A stretch of 64,000 nucleotides of DNA from NCBI GenBank assembly GCA_045652745.1, contig JAZRUW010000003.1:10032-74031 (forward strand). Reading direction: 5' to 3'. This document shows positions 31,070-40,163 of the stretch, piece by piece; position 1 is the stretch's first letter, and each line of letters starts with the position of its first letter. This DNA comes from Clostridia bacterium. Its GTDB lineage: Bacteria > Bacillota > Clostridia > UBA1381 > UMGS1253. The notes beneath the pieces are model-generated. The model saw only the letters and a list, made by a program, of their open reading frames with translations. It was not told the origin of the DNA and did not search any database. The position numbers were made by a program, and so were the translations under genes.

Positions 31070-31145
31070 TGGTGATCCATCCGCGATTCGAACGCGGGAC
31101 ACCTTGATTAAAAGTCAAGTGCTCTGCCGGCTGAGCTAATGGACC
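31070..31145 (-). tRNA. tRNA-Lys(UUU)
   Basis: GGTCCATTAGCTCAG...CTTGA-CTTTTAA-TCAAG...GTTCGAATC...ACCA cloverleaf. Confidence 0.95.
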
Positions 31146-31159
31146 ATATTAAAAGGGGT

Positions 31160-31236
31160 TGGTTGGGATGGCAGGACTCGAACCTACGAAATGCCAGAAT
31201 CAAAATCTGGTGCCTTACCGACTTGGCTACATCCCA
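31160..31236 (-). tRNA. tRNA-Gln(UUG)
   Basis: TGGGATGTAGCCAAG...CCAGA-TTTTGAT-TCTGG...GGTTCGAGTCC...ACCA. Confidence 0.95.
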
Positions 31237-31255
31237 TCATCACAAAAGTAAAATG

Positions 31256-31333
<78 letters not shown>

Positions 31334-31391
31334 ATAGGAAATATATAAACAAACGATGTGCCTCGGGAAAATGAGCCGAGACACTCGTTTG

Positions 31392-31468
31392 TGGCGTGCC
31401 TACAGGGATTCGAACCCCGGACCTACTGCTTAGAAGGCAGTTGCTCTATCCGACTGAGCTACAGGCAC
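31392..31468 (-). tRNA. tRNA-Arg(UCU)
   Basis: GTGCCTGTAGCTCAG...ACTGC-CTTCTAA-GCAGT...GGTTCGAATCC...GCCA. Confidence 0.95.
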
Positions 31469-31476
31469 ATAAGCGT

Positions 31477-31551
31477 TGGAGCGGGTGATGGGAATCGAAC
31501 CCACACGACCAGCTTGGAAGGCTGGGATTCTAGCCATTGAACTACACCCGC
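31477..31551 (-). tRNA. tRNA-Gly(UCC)
   Basis: GCGGGTGTAGTTCAATGG...CCAGC-CTTCCAA-GCTGG...GGTTCGATTCC...TCCA. Confidence 0.95.
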
Positions 31552-31590
31552 ACAATACAATCCGGTCTTCTAAACCAACCGACCTATAAA

Positions 31591-31619
31591 ATTATAACAG
31601 CGAAACCATCCTTTGTCAA
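31591..31619 (-). promoter_or_regulatory. Consensus sigma-A promoter of the Gly-Arg-His-Gln-Lys tRNA operon
   Basis: TTGACA-17 bp-TATAAT with extended TG and an AT-rich upstream region. Confidence 0.85.
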
Positions 31620-31838
31620 TACTTTTTTTAAAAAATATAGTGACTTTTTATGTTTTTTTATTTCTAAAAAAGAATCCAACACAAATATTTGAACATCCGA
31701 ACCATCCGGCACGTATAGCGGCACAAACGGCACGTCAGTCACCGCCATATCATTAAATGCATCACTTTCGCCTTGAATTCATCCCAAACAACTACCCTTC
31801 TGCGTTCATCTATAAGCACAACGCATCCCCTTAACACA

Positions 31839-32801
31839 TTATAATTGTTTCTTTAAACGGATATCCTCATTCGCAAACTCGACCATTTCGTACTGCTCAA
31901 GCAAACGCGAACTGATACGATTAGAATACAAAGCCCCAATTTCATCGAGTGTTAAATTCGTATTTATGATTGTCGGCCGTTTCTGCATACCGCGCTCGTT
32001 GATTAGCTGGAACAAATAAGAAATGGTGTGTTGATTTATCGCTTCCGTCCCCAAATCATCAATAATCAACAATTCTGCATGCATAACACGTTCAAGTTCA
32101 TTTTTGATGCCGGTGCTATCACCGCGATTGAACACATAATCTATATAATCCGCAAACAGCCGTACCGCACTTTTGTAAACAACATGCACATTCTTTTCCA
32201 AAAGCGCATTTGCGATGCACGAGGAAAGGAAGGTTTTTCCACATCCGGTATCGCCATAGAAAAGAAGGTTTGCATCGTTTGGAAACTCATTGACGAAATC
32301 TTTAGCCAAGCTCAAGTTTTCGCACATAAGTTCTTTGTTCTCTTCAGAAAACAACGAAAGATCGAAACGAGCAAAGTTCTGGTCTTGCAACATGGGTGCT
32401 ATATCCGCGCGTTTTCTCGCCAGCTTTGCCGCCGCATTGCGCAAGCAATCACATGCTTTTCCTTCACAATATCCGGTATCCTCGCAAATTTTACAATTGA
32501 AATGCAAATTCGTATAATCCCTTGTGAAGCCGAGCATCGCCAACCTTTGTTCGCGTTCTTTTGTAAGCTGTGCAATCTGAGACTTCATCCTTTCCGAAAT
32601 AGATTTTGCCTCAGCCGGTTTTTCCAAAATCGACATCATTGCCTGTGCGCCAACGGTCTGCATTTGTGCGTCAAGTTCTTCCAATCGCGCATCCAGTGCG
32701 TACACCTGCGCCAGACGCTGCTCTCGTTCACGCTTATGCATCATGCGCTGCGTTTCATAATCTTTTAATATTTCTTCGTAAAGCGAACTTTCAAAAGCCA
32801 T
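31839..32801 (-). CDS. DnaC/DnaI-like (IstB-type) helicase-loader ATPase
   Basis: CKICEDTGY....CDC zinc motif, GDTGCGKT, IIDDLGTE, NTNL and RISSRL motifs; downstream of dnaD. Confidence 0.88.
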   Translation of the reverse strand: MAFESSLYEEILKDYETQRMMHKREREQRLAQVYALDARLEELDAQMQTVGAQAMMSILEKPAEAKSISERMKSQIAQLTKEREQRLAMLGFTRDYTNLHFNCKICEDTGYCEGKACDCLRNAAAKLARKRADIAPMLQDQNFARFDLSLFSEENKELMCENLSLAKDFVNEFPNDANLLFYGDTGCGKTFLSSCIANALLEKNVHVVYKSAVRLFADYIDYVFNRGDSTGIKNELERVMHAELLIIDDLGTEAINQHTISYLFQLINERGMQKRPTIINTNLTLDEIGALYSNRISSRLLEQYEMVEFANEDIRLKKQL

Positions 32802-32803
32802 GA

Positions 32804-33772
32804 TTACTCCTTTCCGATTTTACGACGGATTTTCTCTCGAGCTTTCCGCCTGATTTCATCATAATCATATTTATCCCCGCTGAAAACGGACGGTTTACCT
32901 TTTGTCGATATCCCCGACCTTTCCTTTTTCACCGGAACATTTTCTTTTTTATATTCTTCCATATATTGCTGTGCCTGTTGCGGAGTCTTCACTCCTGACT
33001 GCACCCATGCGCAAAGCACCTTATCCATATAAGCCAAGGCAAGTTTACCGGTATTGTCCACCGTATAATCGAACGCAAACGCAAGCAACGCTTCACTAAC
33101 CCCCATCGCCATCCATCTACGCACAAACTCTTCTTCTTTGCTGGTTAAATTTCTGTTTTCGATGCCGAAAATCCGCTTTGCTTTATATGCATAGCTTCTT
33201 TTCTTATTCTCGTTTTCAATATGTTCCTGCGCCGCCTGCAATGTTACAATGCCTTCTTTTTGCCATGTAATTGCTACCTTTTCAATATAAGCCATGCTTT
33301 TTTTCCCGATACCGACACAGTATTCCAAAAGTTTTAAGATAACCTCCACGGGCATACCGAGCCAGTCATAAATGCCGTAAAGCGTCTCCGCAGCTGATGC
33401 CGTAAGCATCTTGCCGAGCACCTGCTCTGCCGCCTGCATCAACATTTGAAGCTGTGTATCCGAACGAACACTCTGCGAAACTTCGACATTATTATATTTA
33501 GGTTTGTCATTTTGCAACGCAAAAGTCACAATCGAGTTTTTGCTGACAAGCAAACACCCTCTACGCACTAAATCACGCAAGGCTTCCTGCACATAGTCTT
33601 TGTCGCCGAAAATTTCATAAAGTGCATCGCAGGCAACTTCACCGCCGTTTTCATCCGCGAGGCATTTTGCGTACAGATACACCTTTAAACTTGCATCGCT
33701 TAAATCCAGCATATTCTCTTTTACAAACGTTTTATCCACCAGGAAAACCTTGTTTTTCATGTTATCCGTCAC
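32804..33772 (-). CDS. dnaD: DnaD-domain replication protein (two DnaB_2 repeats)
   Basis: Two YxxxV...W motifs (YIEKVAITW...GI.T and YMDKVLCAW...GV.T). Confidence 0.85.
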   Translation of the reverse strand: MTDNMKNKVFLVDKTFVKENMLDLSDASLKVYLYAKCLADENGGEVACDALYEIFGDKDYVQEALRDLVRRGCLLVSKNSIVTFALQNDKPKYNNVEVSQSVRSDTQLQMLMQAAEQVLGKMLTASAAETLYGIYDWLGMPVEVILKLLEYCVGIGKKSMAYIEKVAITWQKEGIVTLQAAQEHIENENKKRSYAYKAKRIFGIENRNLTSKEEEFVRRWMAMGVSEALLAFAFDYTVDNTGKLALAYMDKVLCAWVQSGVKTPQQAQQYMEEYKKENVPVKKERSGISTKGKPSVFSGDKYDYDEIRRKAREKIRRKIGKE

Positions 33773-33867
33773 AAAAACACCCCCCTTTAGACACGTTTAT
33801 ATACAATTATAACATAAAAGAAAGCAAAATGATAGTGAATTTTAATAATTTTTTCTCATTTTTTTGA

Positions 33868-33896
33868 TTGACAAAGCGTTTTTCATGTGTTATAAT
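33868..33896 (+). promoter_or_regulatory. Consensus sigma-A promoter of tRNA-Arg(ACG)
   Basis: TTGACA-17 bp-TATAAT with extended TG. Confidence 0.85.
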
Positions 33897-33918
33897 ATTT
33901 CACGTTGACAAAACAAAT

Positions 33919-33995
33919 GTGCCGCTAGCTCAGCTGGATAGAGCGTTTGACTACGGATCAAAAGGTCGGGAGTTCGAATCTTCTGCGGCACGCCA
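33919..33995 (+). tRNA. tRNA-Arg(ACG)
   Basis: GTGCCGCTAGCTCAG...TTTGA-CTACGGA-TCAAA...GTTCGAATC...GCGGCACGCCA. Confidence 0.95.
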
Positions 33996-33997
33996 TC

Positions 33998-34032
33998 AAA
34001 AATCCCGGTTACGAAAGTATCCGGGATTTTTT
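33998..34032 (+). terminator. Terminator after tRNA-Arg(ACG)
   Basis: AAAAATCCCGG-T-TAC-GAAA-GTA-T-CCGGGATTTTTT. Confidence 0.8.
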
Positions 34033-34178
34033 AAATTATAATATGCTTGTGTTATACGGAAGAACTCTTTCATCATAGAAGGCACAGCAGCTTTTAGAAC
34101 GCTATGCTGATTCCATTAGAGAATACACCGAAATCACGTCAAAAAGTTTAAAGTAAATACGATAAGTAGGTTTGATTT

Positions 34179-34634
34179 ATGGCATTTAACGAAAAATTCA
34201 TGTTAGCAGCACTCGAAGAAGCAAATCTTGCCGCTGTCAACGGCGAAGCACCCATCGGTGCCGTGGTTGTATACAAAAACAATATTATCGGCCGCGGGCA
34301 CAATACGCGCGAAAACGAAAACAAAATATCCGGACATGCAGAAATCAATGCAATTGAAAACGCCGCAAAACATATAGGCAGTTGGCATTTGGATGGTTGT
34401 GACTTGTATGTAACATTAGAGCCTTGCGCGATGTGCGCAGGCGCAATCCTGCAAAGTCACATACGCAATCTGTATTTCGGCGCGCGCGACGAAAAAGCCG
34501 GTGCATGCGGTTCAAAGACTGATTTGTTTGTCCCTGGGTTATTTAATCACGAAACCGTTGTCTTCGGCGGTGTTCTTGAAAACGAATGCAGTAAACTTTT
34601 AAAAGTTTTTTTCAACAAAATACGCAACAAATAA
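34179..34634 (+). CDS. tadA: tRNA adenosine(34) deaminase
   Basis: GEAPIGAV, HAE, VTLEPCAMC, GARDEKAGACGS and C..LL..FF...R motifs. Confidence 0.92.
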   Translation: MAFNEKFMLAALEEANLAAVNGEAPIGAVVVYKNNIIGRGHNTRENENKISGHAEINAIENAAKHIGSWHLDGCDLYVTLEPCAMCAGAILQSHIRNLYFGARDEKAGACGSKTDLFVPGLFNHETVVFGGVLENECSKLLKVFFNKIRNK

Positions 34635-34666
34635 AAGAGCGAAAGACATAACTTTCGCTCTTTTAT
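34631..34666. terminator. Bidirectional terminator between tadA and rnhA
   Basis: 15-bp inverted repeat ATAAAAGAGCGAAAG / CTTTCGCTCTTTTAT. Confidence 0.8.
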
Positions 34667-35127
34667 GCTTCATAATTTTCATCTTCCAAAAGATTTTCGC
34701 TCATATATGCCGCCACGGCCAATTGATCACAACGTTCATTGTATTCGTGCCCGGCATGACCCTTCAGCCAATGAATTTCAACCTTGTGTTTTTCCAGCAA
34801 TTCTAACAGTTGCTCCCACAAATCCGGATTTTTGGCCGGCTTTTTGTCTTTTTTGCGCCATCCGTTATCCCGCCAGCTGACAGCCCAGCCTTTTTCAATT
34901 GCTTCCGAAACATATTTAGAATCCGTATACAATTGAACGACACAGGGTTCTTTCAGCACGGAAAGTCCGACAATTACGCCAAGCAATTCCATGCGGTTAT
35001 TTGTGGTGGTTTTATAGCCGGCAGAAATCACTTTTTCATGCCCGTTATAAACTAAAATCGCACCGTAGCCACCCGGACCGGGGTTGCCGCTGCAAGCACC
35101 GTCCGTATAGAGGAAGACTTCCTTCAT
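34663..35127 (-). CDS. rnhA: Ribonuclease HI
   Basis: YTDGACSGNPGPGG, TNNRMEL, TDSKY and KGHAGH..NERCD motifs. Confidence 0.96.
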   Translation of the reverse strand: MKEVFLYTDGACSGNPGPGGYGAILVYNGHEKVISAGYKTTTNNRMELLGVIVGLSVLKEPCVVQLYTDSKYVSEAIEKGWAVSWRDNGWRKKDKKPAKNPDLWEQLLELLEKHKVEIHWLKGHAGHEYNERCDQLAVAAYMSENLLEDENYEA

Positions 35128-35885
35128 ACCTCTTCCTCCTCCATCTCGCTTTCATCAAAAGGCGCATCCAAAATTGCTTTTGCTTCCGCATACTGTGTAG
35201 AACTCACATAGATGAAAACGCCCAAATTCGAGCCGCCACAAGCCAGTTTTGCAACCGCACTCGAGCCGCCGAAACGCTTGAAAGCAACGATACCGCAAGA
35301 CTGCAGAAGTGAAATTTTCACATCGGCATCAAACTCATCTGCATACCAACCAAGTTGCACGCAAGAAATATTTTCAATTATTTCCTGCGCCGGCATTGGA
35401 CAAACATCCATATTTTCATAAACTGTAAAGCAAAAGCCCAGGCCGTTTTCTTCTTGAGACTCTCCGACATTGCTCATACGCCAGTTTTCAAGCAAGTCCA
35501 GGTTTTCCATATAGGTATCCACGTCAAATTCGCCGTCCACCTTTGTAACCAGTGCTTCAGCGCAATACGGCAAAAATGCTTTATAAATGCTTTCGCCGCC
35601 AATGACAAATGCATCCTTTGCTTCCGGCAGCGCCAGTACCTCTTCAGCGCTATGACAAACAACGACGCCCTCCGGCGCATATGCTTCATCGCGTGTTAAA
35701 ACGATATTCACTCTGTCCTTGAGCGGTTTTCCGCCCGGTAAGGATTCAAGTGTTTTTCTGCCCATAATTACAGCATGCCCGAGCGTCTTTTCTTTAAAAT
35801 ACATTAAATCCGCGCGTAAGCGCCACGGAATTGCCCCGTCTTTACCAATACCGAAATTTTTATCTGCCGCTACAATCAGTTTCAT
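35124..35885 (-). CDS. folA: Dihydrofolate reductase with a ~90-aa C-terminal DUF2007-like extension
   Basis: IGKDGAIPW, DLMYFK, MGRKTLESLP, PLKDRVNIVLT and IGGESIY motifs; the frame continues for ~90 aa past the DHFR fold. Confidence 0.9.
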   Translation of the reverse strand: MKLIVAADKNFGIGKDGAIPWRLRADLMYFKEKTLGHAVIMGRKTLESLPGGKPLKDRVNIVLTRDEAYAPEGVVVCHSAEEVLALPEAKDAFVIGGESIYKAFLPYCAEALVTKVDGEFDVDTYMENLDLLENWRMSNVGESQEENGLGFCFTVYENMDVCPMPAQEIIENISCVQLGWYADEFDADVKISLLQSCGIVAFKRFGGSSAVAKLACGGSNLGVFIYVSSTQYAEAKAILDAPFDESEMEEEEV

Positions 35886-35894
35886 AGTCAAACC

Positions 35895-36722
35895 TCAAAT
35901 CGCCACCGGAATTTTTCCGATTTTCTCACCGGTCTCATAATTTTCAAGAACAAAATCATCCACGGTAAAATCATAGAAATTCTTGATTTCCGGATTGATT
36001 TTCAACGTCGGCGCCGCATGTGTCGGCCGCTGTATCAATTCTCTTACAATATCCATATGTCTGTCATAGATATGTGCATCCGCAATGACATGTACGAATT
36101 CACCCGGTTCTAAATCCGAAACCTGAGCAAACATCATCACAAGCGCTGCATACTGACAAACATTCCAAGCATTTGCAGCCAAAATATCCTGGGAACGCTG
36201 ATTTAAAATCGCATTGAGTTTTCCATCTGCTACGTTAAAAGTCATAGAGTAAGCACACGGATAAAGCGCCATTTCCGACAAATCCGCATGGTTATACAAA
36301 TTTGTCATGATACGACGGCTCGAAGGATTATGTTTTAAATCATACAGCACACGGTCGACCTGGTCAAACTCGCCTTCTTTATATTGATGTTTCACACCGA
36401 GCTGATAGCCATACGCTTTACCGATGCTTCCGTTTTCATCCGCCCAGCTATCCCAGATATGGGTTGCTAAATCGTGAATATTATTTGACTTCTTCTGCCA
36501 AATCCACAAAATTTCATCGATTGCACCTTTAAAATTAATCGGGCGTAATGTTAAAAGCGGAAATTCTTTTTGTAAGTCATATCGGTTTACAACACAGAAT
36601 TTTTTTCTGGTATATGCAGGCGTACCGTCCTCCCAGTGTGGACGCACCTTATCATTACAATCCGTGCCGTTTTCCAAAACGTCCTTGCACATCCGGATAA
36701 AAATTTCATCCGTCATACTCAT
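35895..36722 (-). CDS. thyA: Thymidylate synthase
   Basis: YGYQ, SRR, LYPC, NQRSQD and AHIYDRH motifs. Confidence 0.95.
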   Translation of the reverse strand: MSMTDEIFIRMCKDVLENGTDCNDKVRPHWEDGTPAYTRKKFCVVNRYDLQKEFPLLTLRPINFKGAIDEILWIWQKKSNNIHDLATHIWDSWADENGSIGKAYGYQLGVKHQYKEGEFDQVDRVLYDLKHNPSSRRIMTNLYNHADLSEMALYPCAYSMTFNVADGKLNAILNQRSQDILAANAWNVCQYAALVMMFAQVSDLEPGEFVHVIADAHIYDRHMDIVRELIQRPTHAAPTLKINPEIKNFYDFTVDDFVLENYETGEKIGKIPVAI

Positions 36723-36735
36723 ACAAATCCCTCGC

Positions 36736-37965
36736 TTACTCTATCGTAATTCTTTGGAATACTTTCTTGCCTTTCTTAACAACTATACCGTCGCCGGCAA
36801 GACGCGCTGCTTCAATCACCAAAGCCGCATCTGTTACCTTTTCGCCGTCAAGGCTGATGCCGCCCTGCTGTACAAGACGTCTGCCTTCCGCTTTAGACGG
36901 AATCAACTGTGCCGCCAAAAGCAAATCCAAAATGCCAATACTGTCGCCGACTTCAATTGCATTCAACGCTGTAGACGGCATATTGGCCGCATCTCCGCCG
37001 CCAAATACAGCTTCTGCTGCCGCACTCACTTTATCTGCCTCTTCTTTGCCGTGCACAAGGGTTGTTACCTCGTACGCAAGAAGCTTCTTTGCTTTATTCA
37101 GTTCCTGACCCTCAAGTTTAGCGAGTTCGTTGATTTCTTCCATCGGTACGAACGTAAGAAGTTTCAAGCACTTAATGACATCCGCATCATCTACATTTCT
37201 CCAATACTGGTAGAAATCATACGGCGTAGTCTTTACCGGGTCAAGCCACACCGCACCGCTTTGCGTCTTACCCATCTTCTTGCCTTCACTGTTGGTCAGA
37301 AGCGTAAAGGTCATACCGTAAACCTGCTTTTGATCTTTACGTCTGCAAAGGTCAATACCGCCAAGGATGTTGCTCCACTGGTCATCACCGCCGAGCTCCA
37401 TCTTACAATCATATTTGCGCGAGAGCATTAAGAAGTCATAGCTCTGCATTAACATATAGTTAAACTCTAAGAAAGAAAGACCCTTTTCAAGTCTTTGCTT
37501 AAAGCACTCCGCCGTCAGCATCTTATTTACCGAAAAACATGCGCCGATATCGCGCAAGAAATCAACATAGTTGAGTTCCAGAAGCCAATCTGCATTGTTG
37601 ACCATAATGGCTTTGTCGTCCGAAAAATCAACCACGCTGGAAAGTTGCTTTTTAAAGCACTCGCAGTTATGCTCAATTGTTTCTTTTGTCATCATCTGGC
37701 GCATATCCGTTCTGCCGGACGGGTCGCCGACCATGCCGGTACCGCCACCGACAAGTGCAATCGGTCTGTGCCCTGCAAGCTGCATGTGGCGCATTACCAC
37801 CATCTGCAGAAAATGACCGACATGCAAACTGTCCGCCGTCGGGTCAAAGCCGATATAAAACGTTACCTTCTCTTTGCCGAGAAGTTCTCTGATTTCAGCT
37901 TCATGTGTTGTCTGCGCAATCAAACCGCGCTCTAAAAGTACGTCATAAACATTTCTTTCACTCAT
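36736..37965 (-). CDS. tyrS: Tyrosine--tRNA ligase
   Basis: [22 protein letters not shown] and KMGKT motifs; S4-like C-terminus. Confidence 0.97.
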   Translation of the reverse strand: MSERNVYDVLLERGLIAQTTHEAEIRELLGKEKVTFYIGFDPTADSLHVGHFLQMVVMRHMQLAGHRPIALVGGGTGMVGDPSGRTDMRQMMTKETIEHNCECFKKQLSSVVDFSDDKAIMVNNADWLLELNYVDFLRDIGACFSVNKMLTAECFKQRLEKGLSFLEFNYMLMQSYDFLMLSRKYDCKMELGGDDQWSNILGGIDLCRRKDQKQVYGMTFTLLTNSEGKKMGKTQSGAVWLDPVKTTPYDFYQYWRNVDDADVIKCLKLLTFVPMEEINELAKLEGQELNKAKKLLAYEVTTLVHGKEEADKVSAAAEAVFGGGDAANMPSTALNAIEVGDSIGILDLLLAAQLIPSKAEGRRLVQQGGISLDGEKVTDAALVIEAARLAGDGIVVKKGKKVFQRITIE

Positions 37966-38092
37966 GATTATTCAACTCCAAAATAGATTCAAACGAAATT
38001 TTACCATATAAACAAATAAAAATCAACCTTTCATTTGATTTTGCTTTGCTTTTTTGAGGTTTTATGTTAAAATAGATGGCAGGTGATGAAAA

Positions 38093-38836
38093 ATGAAGGA
38101 AAAAATATATACAATACCCGTAAACGAAGCATTTGATGAAACGGACGGATGTCCTTTTTGCACTATGATTCGTAAACTCGAAAACGCACGCGTAAAGTAC
38201 ATGCTCGGTCCCGCAATGATGGAGCCGGACATTCGCGTTTTGACCAACAAAGACGGCTTTTGTAAGCAACACTACGAAATGTTATTTAAACAAGAAAACA
38301 AGTTAAGTCTTGCATTGGTTTTGCAAACGCATCTGGAGGAAATCATCCAAAATCTTTCCTCCCGCGCCGACCAGTTGCCTGCGAACATTTCTAAAAAGAA
38401 GAGCATCTTTAAAAAGTCGGATTCGAGTCTGTACGGCACGGCGCTTCTGCTCTCCCGCGCCACCGGCGGCGTAACGAAAAATTGTGTTATATGCAACCAT
38501 GTAGAAGAAACCTTTTCCAGATATGTCGACACAATGTTTTATATGTGGAAAAATGATAATGCATTTAAAGAAAAATTTTCTAAAACAAAGTGCTTTTGTT
38601 TAGAACACTACGGGCTTTTAGCCAAAAGTGCAACGAAATTTTTAGACGATGCCGATGCTTTAGAATTTTTAAAGCATCTTACCCGCATCGAACAGACACA
38701 TTTAAACGAATTAAAATCAGACATTGACCGATTTATATTGAAGTTTGACTATCGCAATAAAGACTTGCCATGGGAAAACGCAAAGGATGCACCCAAACGC
38801 ACCCTTGTCACTCTTTCAGGCGCAGAAATCGAATAA
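38093..38836 (+). CDS. Conserved hypothetical Cys/His-motif protein (DUF6062-like)
   Basis: MKEKIYTIPV..AF....CPFC, FCKQH, CVIC, CLEH and FDYRN...PW....DA motifs. Confidence 0.7.
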   Translation: MKEKIYTIPVNEAFDETDGCPFCTMIRKLENARVKYMLGPAMMEPDIRVLTNKDGFCKQHYEMLFKQENKLSLALVLQTHLEEIIQNLSSRADQLPANISKKKSIFKKSDSSLYGTALLLSRATGGVTKNCVICNHVEETFSRYVDTMFYMWKNDNAFKEKFSKTKCFCLEHYGLLAKSATKFLDDADALEFLKHLTRIEQTHLNELKSDIDRFILKFDYRNKDLPWENAKDAPKRTLVTLSGAEIE

Positions 38837-38844
38837 TACAAAAC

Positions 38845-38872
38845 AGCATCCGCAACTTTTGCTGCGGATGCT
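38845..38872. terminator. Hairpin between convergent genes
   Basis: AGCATCCGCA...TGCGGATGCT. Confidence 0.6.
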
Positions 38873-38877
38873 TTAAA

Positions 38878-39384
38878 TTACCACTTTTTACCGTAATATA
38901 AATACATATGATACACAACCGTGCCAACTGCATAAATTCCGAGTGCCCAGAATACAACGTGGAATGACTTAACAATGTTTTTCAAAAAACCGATTACAAC
39001 CGGTGCACTTTCCATCGGCAGCCAACGTGTATAGAACGCAAAGTTCACATAGAAGCTGATCGCCGCAGCTGCCAAGAACGCATGTCCGTAGTTTCTTGCA
39101 CGTTCTCTCACCTGCAGTTTCGCAAGTTTGCTTTCCGGCTTGATTCTGTCAAACAAAGAAATCACATAACAGCCGATACTTAAAATCACAAACAAGATAA
39201 AAGCAATAAGCATAATCAGATTATAGTTTCCGATTGCTGCAGCGCCAAACTCACCTCTTGCAACGCGGTACATCAGATAACAAGCCAAAAGGCCAACCAT
39301 CGCTCCGCCGAAACTAATGAGCATTCTGTTCGAAATTTTTTCCTGGCGCTCTGCTTTGGAACAGTTGTAAAATGTTTTCTTCAT
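38878..39384 (-). CDS. Hypothetical 4-TM membrane protein
   Basis: 168-aa ORF with RBS AGGAGG and four hydrophobic segments; follows rsmE. Confidence 0.7.
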   Translation of the reverse strand: MKKTFYNCSKAERQEKISNRMLISFGGAMVGLLACYLMYRVARGEFGAAAIGNYNLIMLIAFILFVILSIGCYVISLFDRIKPESKLAKLQVRERARNYGHAFLAAAAISFYVNFAFYTRWLPMESAPVVIGFLKNIVKSFHVVFWALGIYAVGTVVYHMYLYYGKKW

Positions 39385-39416
39385 TTGGGTCTTTCCTCCT
39401 ATATCTGCTATTCAGC

Positions 39417-40154
39417 TTACAATTCAAATTCGTAATTCATCATGGACACAACCGCCTCACCGGCTGTCTCCGTGCGCAATATGCGCGAACCGAGCGTCAC
39501 CGGTCGAATCCCGTTTTTCAACGCAAGTTCAATTTCCTGCGGTGCAAAACCGCCTTCCGGACCTATGATAAACGCCGCATCTTTCAAAGCTTGTGCATCG
39601 CGAAGCAGCGTTTTAAGCGTAACATCACGCTCATTTTCATATGGTATAAACGCAAGAGAATACTGACCGAGCATTTTTACGGCCTCTGCAAAAGTAACGG
39701 GAGTTTCTACTTGAGGCAGTATGCCGCGCCCCGATTGCTTCGCCGCAGCTTTTGCAACAGATTGCCAACGTTCGACTTTTTTCTCTGCATCTGCTTCACT
39801 ATTTAATTTTACAACACATCGCTCGGAAATGCAAGGAATAATTTTATAAATTCCGAGTTCTGTACATTTTTGAATCACATATTCCATCTTGGATGCCTTG
39901 GGCAAACATTGAAAAAGCGTGATTTTAACGCGGCTTTCTGCCGGAGAAGGTTTCTTTTCGAGAATTCTGGCCGTTAAAAAATTCTTTTCTGTTTTTTCTA
40001 TTTCAGCCTCATAATCCATGCCCTCGCCGTCACACACAGTCAAACAATCTCCGACCTGCATGCGAAGCACGCGCAAAATATGTTTTGCCTCTTCTCCGTC
40101 CAGCAGAATGGTCGAATCTGTAATATTTTCTTTTTCAGCAAAAAACTTCGGCAT
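39417..40154 (-). CDS. rsmE: 16S rRNA m3U1498 methyltransferase
   Basis: HILRVLR, KCTELG, IGPEGGF and LGSRILRTETA motifs. Confidence 0.96.
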   Translation of the reverse strand: MPKFFAEKENITDSTILLDGEEAKHILRVLRMQVGDCLTVCDGEGMDYEAEIEKTEKNFLTARILEKKPSPAESRVKITLFQCLPKASKMEYVIQKCTELGIYKIIPCISERCVVKLNSEADAEKKVERWQSVAKAAAKQSGRGILPQVETPVTFAEAVKMLGQYSLAFIPYENERDVTLKTLLRDAQALKDAAFIIGPEGGFAPQEIELALKNGIRPVTLGSRILRTETAGEAVVSMMNYEFEL

Positions 40155-40163
40155 AATTTACCC

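Noticed and set aside
31351-31390. Imperfect hairpin between tRNA-Arg and tRNA-His, and the 60-aa ORF at 31358
   Set aside because: Ordinary tRNA spacer structure; the ORF is antisense to tRNA genes.
31839-33772. dnaD plus IstB-like ATPase between tRNA genes as a prophage or IS21 replication module
   Set aside because: No integrase, IstA or phage genes are present; it matches the chromosomal dnaD-dnaC pair typical of Clostridia.
34033-34178. Protein-like frame (QQLLERYADSIREYTEITSKSLK) after the tRNA-Arg(ACG) terminator
   Set aside because: Too short, with no start codon or recognisable family; cannot be supported as a remnant.
37966-38092. T-box leader for tyrS
   Set aside because: The spacer is only ~127 bp, AT-rich and shared with a divergent gene; no T-box consensus.
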